From a bacterium (GTDB lineage Bacteria; JAJRZV01), in assembly GCA_024275095.1 (NCBI GenBank), contig JAJRZV010000017.1, positions 1 to 54,543 on the forward strand: 54,543 bases of DNA, given 5' to 3'. The notes below the pieces were generated by a model. It did no database searches and was not told the origin of the DNA. It saw nothing but the letters and a program-made list of their open reading frames with translations. Below are positions 38,708 through 48,293 of the stretch, piece after piece. Numbering within the stretch: position 1 is the first letter of the stretch; every line of letters starts with the position of its first letter. Position numbers and translations under genes: made by a program.

Positions 38708-39460
38708 TTAAGATGCCTGCATTTCCAGGCTTCCGTATCCAAGTCTCTTGGAAATTTTATCCGCAAAAGACTTTGTCACTACCACAGCACTTTCTTTTTG
38801 CGCCGGTGGAGCAAAAACACTCAACGCAGCGCAAATATCGTTGGTTCTATCTCTTACCGGAATGCTCAATTCCACAAGCCTGTCTCCAATCTCCTTTTCA
38901 GCAAATCCATTTTTTACAACCTTATCAAGCACGTTATCCTGAGACGCTTCCTCTACGAACTGCCTTACCCGTTCATCCAGATGAAATCGTGAAAACCACG
39001 CACCCAGTGCGAAACCTGCGGCCCACTGATCCAGCTCATACGGCTGGCCCTGCAGCGGCAAATCCTCAACATGAGAATGCATTGGTACCACAACCAGGTT
39101 CACAAGAGAACCTTCGTAAATCATTGATACAGAACTGGAAAAACCGTGTTCCTCCCGAATCACGAGAAGTTCCGGATACGCTTCTTTAGCCACCGCATTA
39201 CTGGTTAACAAAGCTCCTCCAATATAAGCCGCCGTGCGGCTCAACATAAAATAACTCTTGCCCCCCGCCCATCTTTCTACCAGGCCCGCCTCTTCGAGCG
39301 TGAGCAATGCTCGATGCACATTCGGGAGAGTCATGTTCACCGCAGTTGCAACATCACGCGCAGTAACAGGCTCCTTTGAGTTCATCACTGCCTGAAGCAC
39401 ATGAAATACCTTCATAAATGATTTGTGAATGCGAACTTCATTGTTCTTTTGTGTCTTCAC
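38708..39460 (-). CDS. IclR-family transcriptional regulator
   Basis: N-terminal wHTH (ARDVATAVNMTLPNVHRALLTLEEAGLV); C-terminal effector domain (LSIPVRD...AALSV). SD AAGGAGG. Confidence 0.85.
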   Translation of the reverse strand: MKTQKNNEVRIHKSFMKVFHVLQAVMNSKEPVTARDVATAVNMTLPNVHRALLTLEEAGLVERWAGGKSYFMLSRTAAYIGGALLTSNAVAKEAYPELLVIREEHGFSSSVSMIYEGSLVNLVVVPMHSHVEDLPLQGQPYELDQWAAGFALGAWFSRFHLDERVRQFVEEASQDNVLDKVVKNGFAEKEIGDRLVELSIPVRDRTNDICAALSVFAPPAQKESAVVVTKSFADKISKRLGYGSLEMQAS

Positions 39461-39484
39461 GGTCGTTCCTCCTTTTCTGCGAAA

Positions 39485-39537
39485 AAGTTAACACACCGCG
39501 TCATTTATGTCAAGGCTTTTACGCAGTGTGTCACACC
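39485..39537 (-). promoter_or_regulatory. Sigma-70 promoter of the IclR gene, overlapped by an inverted-repeat operator
   Basis: Minus strand TTGACA (39513-39508) - 17 nt - TAACTT (39490-39485) with extended TG. Inverted repeat ACACACCGCGT (39491-39501) / ACGCAGTGTGT (39521-39531) flanks the -35. Confidence 0.7.
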
Positions 39538-39575
39538 TGAAATTCGAAAAAAACTCCTTTAAGTCCCTTAAAGCG

Positions 39576-40376
39576 TTAATCCTCCAAAAAAGATAAAATT
39601 TTCTCCTCTACACCCAAATCCCCCCGAAGCATAAATGTTCCAAGGAGGTTCCGTGAAATTGTGTACATTTTTGCAGTTTCACCCAGGAAGGTCTGAAGTT
39701 TAAGCGCTGAAAAATAAAAATACGTATGGCCGGTGTCAGTAATAATGAGAAACTTCACACCTTGAGGCACTGTATAAGTTTTCAAAAGTGCCTGCACATC
39801 AAGCCTTTTAATGACCAGCGGAGGAGAAAGAAGCACCACCTTTGACACACCTCCGTAACGGACCGTTACCCACAGGGCAAGGGTGGCTCCCAGCTCTGCT
39901 CCTACCATGTAAGCCCGTGCCGTCTCCACGTTGCATTGTTTCTTCATTTCCTGAAGAGCACTTTTCACGTCAAAAACCATTTTTGCATATTGAGGTGTCC
40001 CAAAGCTTCTCCAATCAGGTGCGTTTTCTTCTTCCTCCGAGGGAGGCGGATGCCCGGGAAGATTGAAGGAGAGCACACAATAATTGCGGCTCTTCAAAAA
40101 TCGTGCAAAGGTCCGGTAATCATCCATATGACGACCAAGCATGTGGATAAGAAGCACTCCTCCTTTTACCTTTCCCTCCTCCGGAACGTCCAGCCTGCAC
40201 CGTAAAGGATACTCGAACACGGATGGGATGGAACAGTTTTCCTCTGACGCAGTCTCCTTTTCTGGGACTGTCTTCTTTTCCGCCTGTCCAAGCGCAATGC
40301 TCTGGACGAAGACAAAAATCGCACTCAATAATACACCAATAAATTTTGTGCCCGCGGGCACAATGCGTCCTCTCAT
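39576..40376 (-). CDS. Exported alpha/beta-hydrolase-fold protein lacking the canonical nucleophile
   Basis: Signal peptide; VLLIHMLG, FNLPGH, MVGAELGATLA (GxExG in place of GxSxG), VVLLSP. Confidence 0.75.
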   Translation of the reverse strand: MRGRIVPAGTKFIGVLLSAIFVFVQSIALGQAEKKTVPEKETASEENCSIPSVFEYPLRCRLDVPEEGKVKGGVLLIHMLGRHMDDYRTFARFLKSRNYCVLSFNLPGHPPPSEEEENAPDWRSFGTPQYAKMVFDVKSALQEMKKQCNVETARAYMVGAELGATLALWVTVRYGGVSKVVLLSPPLVIKRLDVQALLKTYTVPQGVKFLIITDTGHTYFYFSALKLQTFLGETAKMYTISRNLLGTFMLRGDLGVEEKILSFLED

Positions 40377-40422
40377 TTTTCAGGTTCCTGCCCTTCTGGT
40401 TCCCTGACGGTGGCGGTGTCCG

Positions 40423-40788
40423 CTACTCACCCTGAGGAAGAGAAATTTTTCCCTTCCTCCACTGCTGATAGTGTCTTGTGCAGAGCCCCTTTGCGTAATG
40501 CGGCCGATCGCAACCTTTGATTGTGCACTTCTCATGCTTGGGTTTGCGACCCGGGCGCTTGCCCTTCGCAGCACCGGTTTTCTTGCGGCCGACTTTTGCC
40601 TTGCGCCCGCTTCTGCCTGAAACCTTGCCGAGCTCTTTCCACACTCGATTAAGTTCTCTCGTAATAGACCTTTCCAGCTCCTTCTGCTGCTTGCGCAATT
40701 CCTTTACCAGTGCTTTCAGGGGCTCCTCCACCGCCGAGGCCATCAGGTCCCTGAAGGGATTAACACTTTTGCGACCTCTTTTCGCCAT
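40423..40788 (-). CDS. Small basic putative DNA-binding protein with a C-terminal Cys3His zinc motif (myxobacterial vegetative-protein-like)
   Basis: Coiled-coil N-half, K/R/G-rich linker (KRPGRKPK), CTIKGCDRPHYAKGLCTRHYQ. Start is ATG 40788 or 40794. Confidence 0.75.
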   Translation of the reverse strand: MAKRGRKSVNPFRDLMASAVEEPLKALVKELRKQQKELERSITRELNRVWKELGKVSGRSGRKAKVGRKKTGAAKGKRPGRKPKHEKCTIKGCDRPHYAKGLCTRHYQQWRKGKISLPQGE

Positions 40789-41049
40789 AGACATAAATCT
40801 AACATATAAAAATGTAAATTGAAAACAAAAAAACATGTTGAAATGATGTTTTTTATATTTTTTATTTCTTCAAAACACCTTGCATTCTATGTACTTCTTG
40901 ATCCATAAAGACATTATAGAAAGGACATCTCTACACCGAAACAGAAGAAAAAGTAAAAACATGATTAAACAGCAAGGCGTCTTTTTGAGCGGGAAATGGG
41001 ATTTTCTTCTTCATATCCAGTGCGTGTGATTTGCAAAATTTGTTTACCC

Positions 41050-41078
41050 TTGACCTTCCTTCTTCATGTTTACATAAT
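41050..41078 (+). promoter_or_regulatory. Putative sigma-70 promoter of the large lipoprotein gene
   Basis: TTGACC (41050-41055) - 17 nt - CATAAT (41073-41078). Confidence 0.6.
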
Positions 41079-41117
41079 GTGCGCGTGGGGATTTTAAAAG
41101 GGCATGTTAAAAAAAGA

Positions 41118-44100
41118 ATGAAAAAGAATGTAATTTCCTTTTCCGGAATTTTGCTTTTATTGCTGGTGCTATGCGGGTGCGGCGAAAGGCTGGAAGAAGC
41201 ACCTTATGCAAAAAATGCCATCCCCGCAGACGCGAGCAGCAAGGGCCCACGGGTCGTTTTTGATCCTGAGGCAACACCCGTACCCATCGTTCCGTTCCCC
41301 AGCGACATCATGACCCGCCAGGATCCCTCAAGCCCCACAGGAAAACGCCTGAACCTTCCACTCAACACTGTCACCGAGTTTGAACGAACGATCCGTGCCG
41401 CCATGAACGAGCTCGACGGGTTTGGAAATTTTACGCCTGTATCAGTCGCGTTTGATGGCCCGATAGATATTGAAAAATTCTACTATCTTATGAACGATGG
41501 CATCCCTGAAAACGATCCGGTTGTCGTGGTGAATATCAACGACCTTGCTCCCGATTACGGCTTCCCCGTCACATTTGATGTCGCCCTTGACGACAGGGTT
41601 TCCCTTTATCCTACAATGAGACCTCATAAAATCTTTTTCCCCTACGATCCCCTTGGTTCCTGGGACAATCTTCTTTTCCCCCGAAATAATACCTGCGTAA
41701 TCGGTGGGGAATCGCACTTCATCAATTTCTATTACGTGCAGGACCATATGCTTCGTCTCAAACCTCTGGTTCCATATGACGAGGGCTCGCGTTATGTGGT
41801 CATACTCCGCAAATCTCTCACCGGTGAAAATGGAGAACCCGTGCGACCTCCAAAAGGATTCAAATACGCACATGACCTCGGACATACTGAAGACATCCGT
41901 ACTGCTCTCAATGTATTGAAAGACCGCGCTGGTATTGACGTGTCTCCAGATGATGTGGCTTTTGCCTGGACGTTCACCACACAGACGGTTGTGGATGAAC
42001 TGGTCGCTTTAAGAGAAGGCCTTTACGGCAAAGGCGAGCACGCCTATCTCGCGCGTGAATACCCCGAAGACCTGGTCACAATGCACGACATCGGATTCGA
42101 CTGCGACGACGACAACCCCTATACCTTTTCTGCCACTTATTTAACCAATATGATTCTCGGAATCGTCAACTATTTGTTAAAAGAAGGACTTGTCGAGCTT
42201 CAGGGAAGCATCCGTGACCAGCTTATGATGGATAGCGTGGACTATTTCGCCTTCGGTCACTACACCTCTCCGGACCTCATCAGCAACGAAAGAAAAATTT
42301 TTACACGAAAAAGCGATGGTACATACGTGCATCAACCCGGAGAGGTCCCCTTCATGGTCGCCGTACCCAAACCATCCAAAGCCAACCACTACGCTCAACC
42401 ACCTTATCCTGTAATTATTTTTGGCCACGGGAACGGCGGTTCTCGGCTGCATGCACTGGTTTACGCCAATATTTTCGCCCGCTGGGGGTATGCCACCATC
42501 ACCATAGATGCTGCTGGCCACGGTCCCGACATTGCCCTTGCGTATCTGGGAGGGCCTCCTGAAGTACTCAAAAAAATGGTCGAAAAGGAGCTGGGGGTGC
42601 CTGTATCCCTGGTGCAGATGTTGCTCACTGTCGCTGCTGAAAATCTCTGTTACTCAATTCCAGATGACCTGAAGGATCCTGACAGGTTCGACGATTTCAT
42701 GAATTACATTACGAGCCGGGGGATCCTGCGGGAACTCACGCGTGTAGGAAGGGCTGTGGACGTTAACGGAGACGGAGTGCCCGACTCAGGAGAGACGTTT
42801 TTCACCGCCGATGTAATAAAAACACGCGACATCATGCGTCAGACTGTACTGGATGAAATGAATCTGGTACGCATCCTCAAACACAGGGGACTGGACACCA
42901 ACATGGATTCAGTAATAGATGTGGGGGGACCAGGTACCGAAGTCTACTACACAGGTCAGTCCATGGGAGGAATTCTCGGGGCCATATTTGCAGGCGTGGA
43001 AAAGGATATACACCGATTCGTGCTCAACGTACCCGGTGGAGGACTGATCGACATCATGGTGAGGACATCGCTCACATCTGTTGCACAGCGTATTTTCAAT
43101 GAACTATTGGGACCTGTCTTTGTTGGAGGACCGGTAAATGTGGATGGAACGGTCAGGTATCCGGTCACCATCAACAACGCAAGCCGCTCCACACCGGAGG
43201 TGCTGGAGAATTCTGCAGGAGAGCTGGAAATCGAGCCCGGTGATGTAATCATTGCAAAAAACCTGGACAATGGAGAAGTTTCTTCCACGGTGGTGAATAA
43301 AGACGGCACCTTTAACGTAAGCGTCCCTGCAGACGGAGGAGACCGCATTGTTCTGTACGCAGAGTCCCGGCCCGAAGGGGCCCTGCTCATCCACCTGGAC
43401 GAACGTACAAAGGGTCTGGCTATCAAACGAAACACCTACGACATGATCCGCTTTACCGATACCGCCTCCACGGCCATTGACCGCGCTGAACCCGTCAATT
43501 ACGCTGTGCATTACAACAACTCCGCTGTGTGGCGCATTAACAGGGTGCTCCCGGGTTACCAGCCACGCGATGTGCTCATTCAAATTGCTCTGGGTGATAC
43601 CACCGTGCCCATGGCCACGGGTATCGCTCTTGCCCGGGCAGCAGGATTGCTCACCAGAAAGCGCATGCAAATGCTCGTAGAAAAGGGCATTGTTTTTGGC
43701 CTTCTTGATCGTTATGAAAACGTCGATTTTCTCCCGGGCCTGCCTCCCTTCGATCCCGTTGCAAACTCAGGCGTGAGGTTCCACATGGGCGGAGAATATA
43801 AAGGACCACACGAATATTATGCTTATCCCACATACGATGAGGATACGGGAAGCGACGGGTTGTTCAACGAACAGGAACCCAACTATTCAACAGACAATCC
43901 GGACCCCGATGGAGACGACTTCTGTCCCGATTCCAACCCCGGAGGCACTGAACGAAATGGTGTCCTCGATCCTGGAGAAGATAAAAACGGGAACGGCATT
44001 CTCGAAGTAAATTATGCCCTTCTGGCACAGAACCAGTCCGGCTACTTTTTTACGTACGGAAAAATTCTCGACGGCATCGACGACATTCACGGAGGAGTCG

Positions 44101-44153
44101 ACCCCGCCGAACTCCACATTCTCACACCGCCTTACTGTGTTGTAGAGCCCTGA
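41118..44153 (+). CDS. Large lipoprotein: Ig-like N-terminal region plus lipase-type alpha/beta hydrolase with Ca-binding-type loops
   Basis: Lipobox LCGC; PFPSD, ELDGFG, FTTQT; IFGHG, IDAAGHG, GQSMGG nucleophile, NVPGGG; DVNGDGVPD and DKNGNGILE loops. Start at ATG 41118. Confidence 0.8.
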   Translation: MKKNVISFSGILLLLLVLCGCGERLEEAPYAKNAIPADASSKGPRVVFDPEATPVPIVPFPSDIMTRQDPSSPTGKRLNLPLNTVTEFERTIRAAMNELDGFGNFTPVSVAFDGPIDIEKFYYLMNDGIPENDPVVVVNINDLAPDYGFPVTFDVALDDRVSLYPTMRPHKIFFPYDPLGSWDNLLFPRNNTCVIGGESHFINFYYVQDHMLRLKPLVPYDEGSRYVVILRKSLTGENGEPVRPPKGFKYAHDLGHTEDIRTALNVLKDRAGIDVSPDDVAFAWTFTTQTVVDELVALREGLYGKGEHAYLAREYPEDLVTMHDIGFDCDDDNPYTFSATYLTNMILGIVNYLLKEGLVELQGSIRDQLMMDSVDYFAFGHYTSPDLISNERKIFTRKSDGTYVHQPGEVPFMVAVPKPSKANHYAQPPYPVIIFGHGNGGSRLHALVYANIFARWGYATITIDAAGHGPDIALAYLGGPPEVLKKMVEKELGVPVSLVQMLLTVAAENLCYSIPDDLKDPDRFDDFMNYITSRGILRELTRVGRAVDVNGDGVPDSGETFFTADVIKTRDIMRQTVLDEMNLVRILKHRGLDTNMDSVIDVGGPGTEVYYTGQSMGGILGAIFAGVEKDIHRFVLNVPGGGLIDIMVRTSLTSVAQRIFNELLGPVFVGGPVNVDGTVRYPVTINNASRSTPEVLENSAGELEIEPGDVIIAKNLDNGEVSSTVVNKDGTFNVSVPADGGDRIVLYAESRPEGALLIHLDERTKGLAIKRNTYDMIRFTDTASTAIDRAEPVNYAVHYNNSAVWRINRVLPGYQPRDVLIQIALGDTTVPMATGIALARAAGLLTRKRMQMLVEKGIVFGLLDRYENVDFLPGLPPFDPVANSGVRFHMGGEYKGPHEYYAYPTYDEDTGSDGLFNEQEPNYSTDNPDPDGDDFCPDSNPGGTERNGVLDPGEDKNGNGILEVNYALLAQNQSGYFFTYGKILDGIDDIHGGVDPAELHILTPPYCVVEP

Positions 44154-46648
44154 CCTTCCAGTGCCTCCTCTACGGTTTCTTCTATAAACTTCGCTACCTT
44201 ACGTGCCTCGCTATCACTCAGTTTGCTCCCTCCTGTATGAGTGATATAAAAGCCGTCTCGAGCCTGTTGTGCACGGGTGGTAACACGTGCCGCATGAATA
44301 TCACAGCCGCATTCTTTAACGGCCCACGTGAGCAAGTAAAGCAATCCGCGTACATCAGGAGCAATGACTTCAAGCACGGTATAGTCATCTGAAACTTCAT
44401 TGTCCACAATCACTTTCACCCGCGGCAACCATAACCCCCAGTGGTCTAACCTTCCTATACGTACACTCATTCTGTCTGCAAGATTTAATTTCCCTTTTTC
44501 CGCGTCTTCCAGGTAGTGCATAAAAAGAGCAGTGTCTGCACCAACGGTTTCTCTGTCCGAACTGGTAGAGAACACGACAAAATCATCTATTGCAATCCCT
44601 GACGCATGACTTTCAATTCGTGCGCTGACAATATTGAGTCCGGCCAGTGTCATGCACCCACAAAGAATCGCCAGCAGGCCCGGCCTGTCATTGGTAACCA
44701 CAGAAAGGTGAACATCACCTCGCTTTCTTACTTCTACAGCCACCTGGGTCTTTTTCTCTTTGATAAAGCGCGCGAAAAGAGAAAGATGGCTCCTTATGTC
44801 ATCAACATCATGCGTAAAAAAATATCTGGACGGAAGCCCGGAACTGAAAGTGCGCAGAAGCCTGCTTTCCTCCGGATCCTCTGCCTCCAGCACCTGTTGA
44901 AGATGCTGGAGACGTTCGCGCGCTTTCCTCTCCATGTAACCGGTGGTAATTTCGCCGAGCTCAAGCGCTTCTGCTGCTCGAAAATAAAGGTCGTTGAGCA
45001 GTGACCCTTTCCAGTAAGTCCATCCTTCCGGACCCAGCGCGCTCATGTCAGCCAGTGTGAGAAGAAGCAGGGTTTTTAAACGAGGAGTCTCACCGACCAT
45101 TTCAGCGAATGTCCGAAGGGTCGAAATGTCTCCCGGATCTCTGGTCTGAGAAAATCGGGTCATCATCGTATGGTTCTGAACCAGAAAACACACGTGGTCT
45201 ATTACAGAGGATGGGAATCCCAGCCTTTTCAATATTCCTCTCGCAATTCTGGCTCCGCGAATCTCATGTTCGCCACCATGACCCTTTCCAATGTCATGTA
45301 ACAGTACGCCCAAGTACAGGGCCAGTATGTCCTCGTGATTCAATTCAACACACGCATCTTCAACCGCGGGAATCAACACCGCACTCTGCCGGTTAAAAAT
45401 GGCATCAAGTGAATTTACAGCAGTTAATGTATGAGCACCAACACTGTAGTGATGGTAAAAATCAAACTGATACATGTACTGAAGTCCTGCCAGGGGTGGA
45501 AAGAACTTCCCAAGCAGCCCGGTGGCATGAAGGGCTCGTACCACCTCTCCAACCCTACCCCGGTGGGAAAAAATCCGGGCAAGCGTGCTTGTTGAAAGGG
45601 TGTTTTCCTTCCCGTTTTCGTCCTTAGCTTCCATGCCATGATAATCCCAGCATCCGGCAACGAAACGTCTGCCCGCCATCTGGTATTTTACCAGCTCATC
45701 AAGTTGCTCCGTTGCTTCAGCGGGGAGGGAAAGGCAGGGCGCATCTTTTCCATAAATTTGAGAGGCAAGAACGCCAAAAACCTTCGTGGAAAGACGGAAC
45801 AATTTTTCTGCACACATGTAATAATTGCGCATCAACTTCCTGACAGCAACTTCTGCATCCAGTGCAGAATAAAAATGCATGGCCAGGCCCCGTTGAATAT
45901 CTGGATGGAACACATCCTCTTTTCGCCGCGACAACGCGTGCATCAGATTCCTGTAGCGCAAGAGTTGTCTGTATGCCTTTGTGGCCTGTCGCCACTCCGG
46001 CACACTCACAAATGGCAATACAACTTTCTTCTTGCTTTCAGGTTGCATGAGAAAAAGCAACCATTTCAATTCGTGAAAATCTCGAAGCCCTCCAGCTGAA
46101 AATTTAATGTGAGGTTTGAGGAGGTATGGTTGAGGACCGTACTTTTCATAACGATGACGTTTTATCTCGAGCAAAAGGAATAGAAAGTCAGGATACCGGC
46201 AACCGCCCCACGTGTTCCATAACGCCCTTTTCAGTTCGCAGTAGAGCCCGCGGTCCCCGGCGACAAATCGACCATCCAGAAACGCAGTGAGAGATGTGTG
46301 GTCTTTCTGGCTGAGCTGAGCAGCATCCTCAACAGTAAGAACCACATGGCCCACATCCAGGCCAGCATCCCAGAGGGGATAAAGAATATCTTCAGGCTTC
46401 GCGTGCTCTCCCTCTACAAGCACAGCACAATCCACATCAGAAAAAGGAGCTGGTTCTCTTCTTGCGTAACTCCCTCTTGCAACAATGGCCAGTCCCTTTT
46501 TATTCCCAGGTACAAGTGTACGGAAAAAACTGTCCAGAACGTGTACGTACTCACGTGTTGCGTGCAGTGTGCCGCCTTCTTCAACAATACGCGTAATAAA
46601 TTTGTCCCTGGCCGAGCTTATCCGTTTTTTCCACTCCGTACCGGACAT
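44132..46648 (-). CDS. glnD: [Protein-PII] uridylyltransferase / uridylyl-removing enzyme
   Basis: GSYARRE...SDVD, LWDAGL, GGLRD, QFDFYHHY, LLHDIGKG, two ACT domains (DRPGLL, DVRGLL). Likely start ATG 46648. Confidence 0.92.
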   Translation of the reverse strand: MSGTEWKKRISSARDKFITRIVEEGGTLHATREYVHVLDSFFRTLVPGNKKGLAIVARGSYARREPAPFSDVDCAVLVEGEHAKPEDILYPLWDAGLDVGHVVLTVEDAAQLSQKDHTSLTAFLDGRFVAGDRGLYCELKRALWNTWGGCRYPDFLFLLLEIKRHRYEKYGPQPYLLKPHIKFSAGGLRDFHELKWLLFLMQPESKKKVVLPFVSVPEWRQATKAYRQLLRYRNLMHALSRRKEDVFHPDIQRGLAMHFYSALDAEVAVRKLMRNYYMCAEKLFRLSTKVFGVLASQIYGKDAPCLSLPAEATEQLDELVKYQMAGRRFVAGCWDYHGMEAKDENGKENTLSTSTLARIFSHRGRVGEVVRALHATGLLGKFFPPLAGLQYMYQFDFYHHYSVGAHTLTAVNSLDAIFNRQSAVLIPAVEDACVELNHEDILALYLGVLLHDIGKGHGGEHEIRGARIARGILKRLGFPSSVIDHVCFLVQNHTMMTRFSQTRDPGDISTLRTFAEMVGETPRLKTLLLLTLADMSALGPEGWTYWKGSLLNDLYFRAAEALELGEITTGYMERKARERLQHLQQVLEAEDPEESRLLRTFSSGLPSRYFFTHDVDDIRSHLSLFARFIKEKKTQVAVEVRKRGDVHLSVVTNDRPGLLAILCGCMTLAGLNIVSARIESHASGIAIDDFVVFSTSSDRETVGADTALFMHYLEDAEKGKLNLADRMSVRIGRLDHWGLWLPRVKVIVDNEVSDDYTVLEVIAPDVRGLLYLLTWAVKECGCDIHAARVTTRAQQARDGFYITHTGGSKLSDSEARKVAKFIEETVEEALEGQGSTTQ

Positions 46649-46652
46649 TTCC

Positions 46653-48293
46653 TCAGATGGAAATGCGTCCTCGCTCGCGCAGATAGCGAATAATTCCTTC
46701 GGCAATCCCCTGGGCGAGGGCGTCAATGTATTGCCGATTGTTGAGCAACTTTTCTTCTCGAGGGTTGCTGATAAAGGAGGTTTCTATGAGCACGCTGGGC
46801 ATCACAGCATTTTTAAGCACGTAAAAGGGACCCGGCTTCGCTCCCAGATCACGAGTGCGATTAAGCTGTCTCACCTTCCTCAACGTGGAGCGATGTAAAT
46901 ATTCTGCAAGCACCCTGGAAAAGCGGGACTTGTAACGCGCCACCATATCAAACAGTATGTACTGGAGGTCGGACATTTCCCGGATACTGCGCACATTATT
47001 TTCACTGGCCGCCAGGCGCAAAACATCTCTATCAGACGTTTTTTCAAAATAATAGGCCTCCACACCCCGAACGCGTCTATTACGCGATGCATTTGCGTGA
47101 ATGGAAATAAACACATCAGCACCTGCACTGTTGGCAATAGCTGTTCTCTCCTCCAGGGAAACGTACACATCCCTGCTGCGTGTGAGTACAACACTGATGC
47201 CCCTGGCTTCCAATTTCTTTTTAACCAGCAATGCAAGTTTCAGCGTTACATCCTTTTCCTTGGTGCCATACCTCCCAATAGCACCAGGGTCATGGCCGCC
47301 GTGCCCGGGATCAATGACAACCACGGCGTCAAGTTTTTCCGAGTCCATCTTTTTCTGCGGTTTTTTTGGAACTTCTTTCCGCCGGGAGGGTACTGACGAA
47401 GGCTTCCTCTTCTTGCCCAGGCCCTCGATCAAAGCTGCGAGTTCATCTCCCGCTGTGTATTCAGTACCTGCAAAAATATCCACGACAATGCGAAAGGGGC
47501 TTTCAAAGTGAAACACCCTGTAGCGCGATGGAGTACTTGAAAGGTCCAGAACAACCCGGACACGCGAGCGGGCAAACTGGGCCATTCGAATACGCTTGAG
47601 ATATCCTTTCTCAACGGTTACACAATGTTGGGCCTTGCCTTTTACCTCGGCTGGTTCCAGATCCACGTAAATGCGTTCCGTTGCATCTCTTCCACCCGGC
47701 AGGCGGTTGTACTGGTAAACAACACGGTCTCCTGTTTCTATTACCACCCGTGTATAACGAGGATACGACCAGTACCTGATGTTCAAAGGAGAAACGCTGA
47801 CAGTGTGAACTTTTGCCTTCAGGTGTTCAAGCCAGTAACGTGCGCCTCTTACCTGGTCGCCGCGGGGATACAGTTCCACAATACGACGATAATAAAAAAG
47901 TGCCTTCTCCAGATTTCGGGTTCTGGCACGGTACGTATCCGCAAGCATAAAAAGTGCATCATCTGCATAACGACTGCTGGAGTAAAGCTTCCACAGCCGA
48001 TTGAGGTATTTGCGAGCGTTATCAAGGTCTTTCTCGAATCCGAAGCGGTCATACGCGTCAAGGTAGATGGTTCCTGCCATATAAAGGGCGTCATCAGCGC
48101 GATAGGATTGAGGTGCCACATCCTGCACGTGTGCAAACTCACATGCAAGATCAACAAGTTGATTATGGGATACTTTTCGTGCGGCCTTGATTTTGTAATA
48201 ATTTTTTCGAGCCTGTGCGTACAGTTTCTCCCCAGCGTCAGGGTGCGCCTGAATCACGCAGATAATAAGTAACAGAAGCCTTACCACTCGCAC
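46653..48293 (-). CDS. N-acetylmuramoyl-L-alanine amidase (TPR + AMIN + Amidase_3)
   Basis: ADDAL TPRs, YTRVVIE and VRVVLDL AMIN strands, IDPGHGGHDPGA, EKDVTL, FISIHANA, PSVLIETSFISN. Confidence 0.93.
   Translation of the reverse strand: MRVVRLLLLIICVIQAHPDAGEKLYAQARKNYYKIKAARKVSHNQLVDLACEFAHVQDVAPQSYRADDALYMAGTIYLDAYDRFGFEKDLDNARKYLNRLWKLYSSSRYADDALFMLADTYRARTRNLEKALFYYRRIVELYPRGDQVRGARYWLEHLKAKVHTVSVSPLNIRYWSYPRYTRVVIETGDRVVYQYNRLPGGRDATERIYVDLEPAEVKGKAQHCVTVEKGYLKRIRMAQFARSRVRVVLDLSSTPSRYRVFHFESPFRIVVDIFAGTEYTAGDELAALIEGLGKKRKPSSVPSRRKEVPKKPQKKMDSEKLDAVVVIDPGHGGHDPGAIGRYGTKEKDVTLKLALLVKKKLEARGISVVLTRSRDVYVSLEERTAIANSAGADVFISIHANASRNRRVRGVEAYYFEKTSDRDVLRLAASENNVRSIREMSDLQYILFDMVARYKSRFSRVLAEYLHRSTLRKVRQLNRTRDLGAKPGPFYVLKNAVMPSVLIETSFISNPREEKLLNNRQYIDALAQGIAEGIIRYLRERGRISI

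Noticed and set aside
38527..38766. 79-aa ORF spanning the iclR-hemerythrin intergenic region
   Set aside because: It starts inside iclR, has no SD or motif, and crosses the hairpin and promoter-like sequence.
39547..39573. CTTTAAG/CTTAAAG hairpin with T7 tract after the pseudo-hydrolase
   Set aside because: The stem is AT-rich with a 3-nt loop and is separated from the T-tract; too weak to call a terminator.
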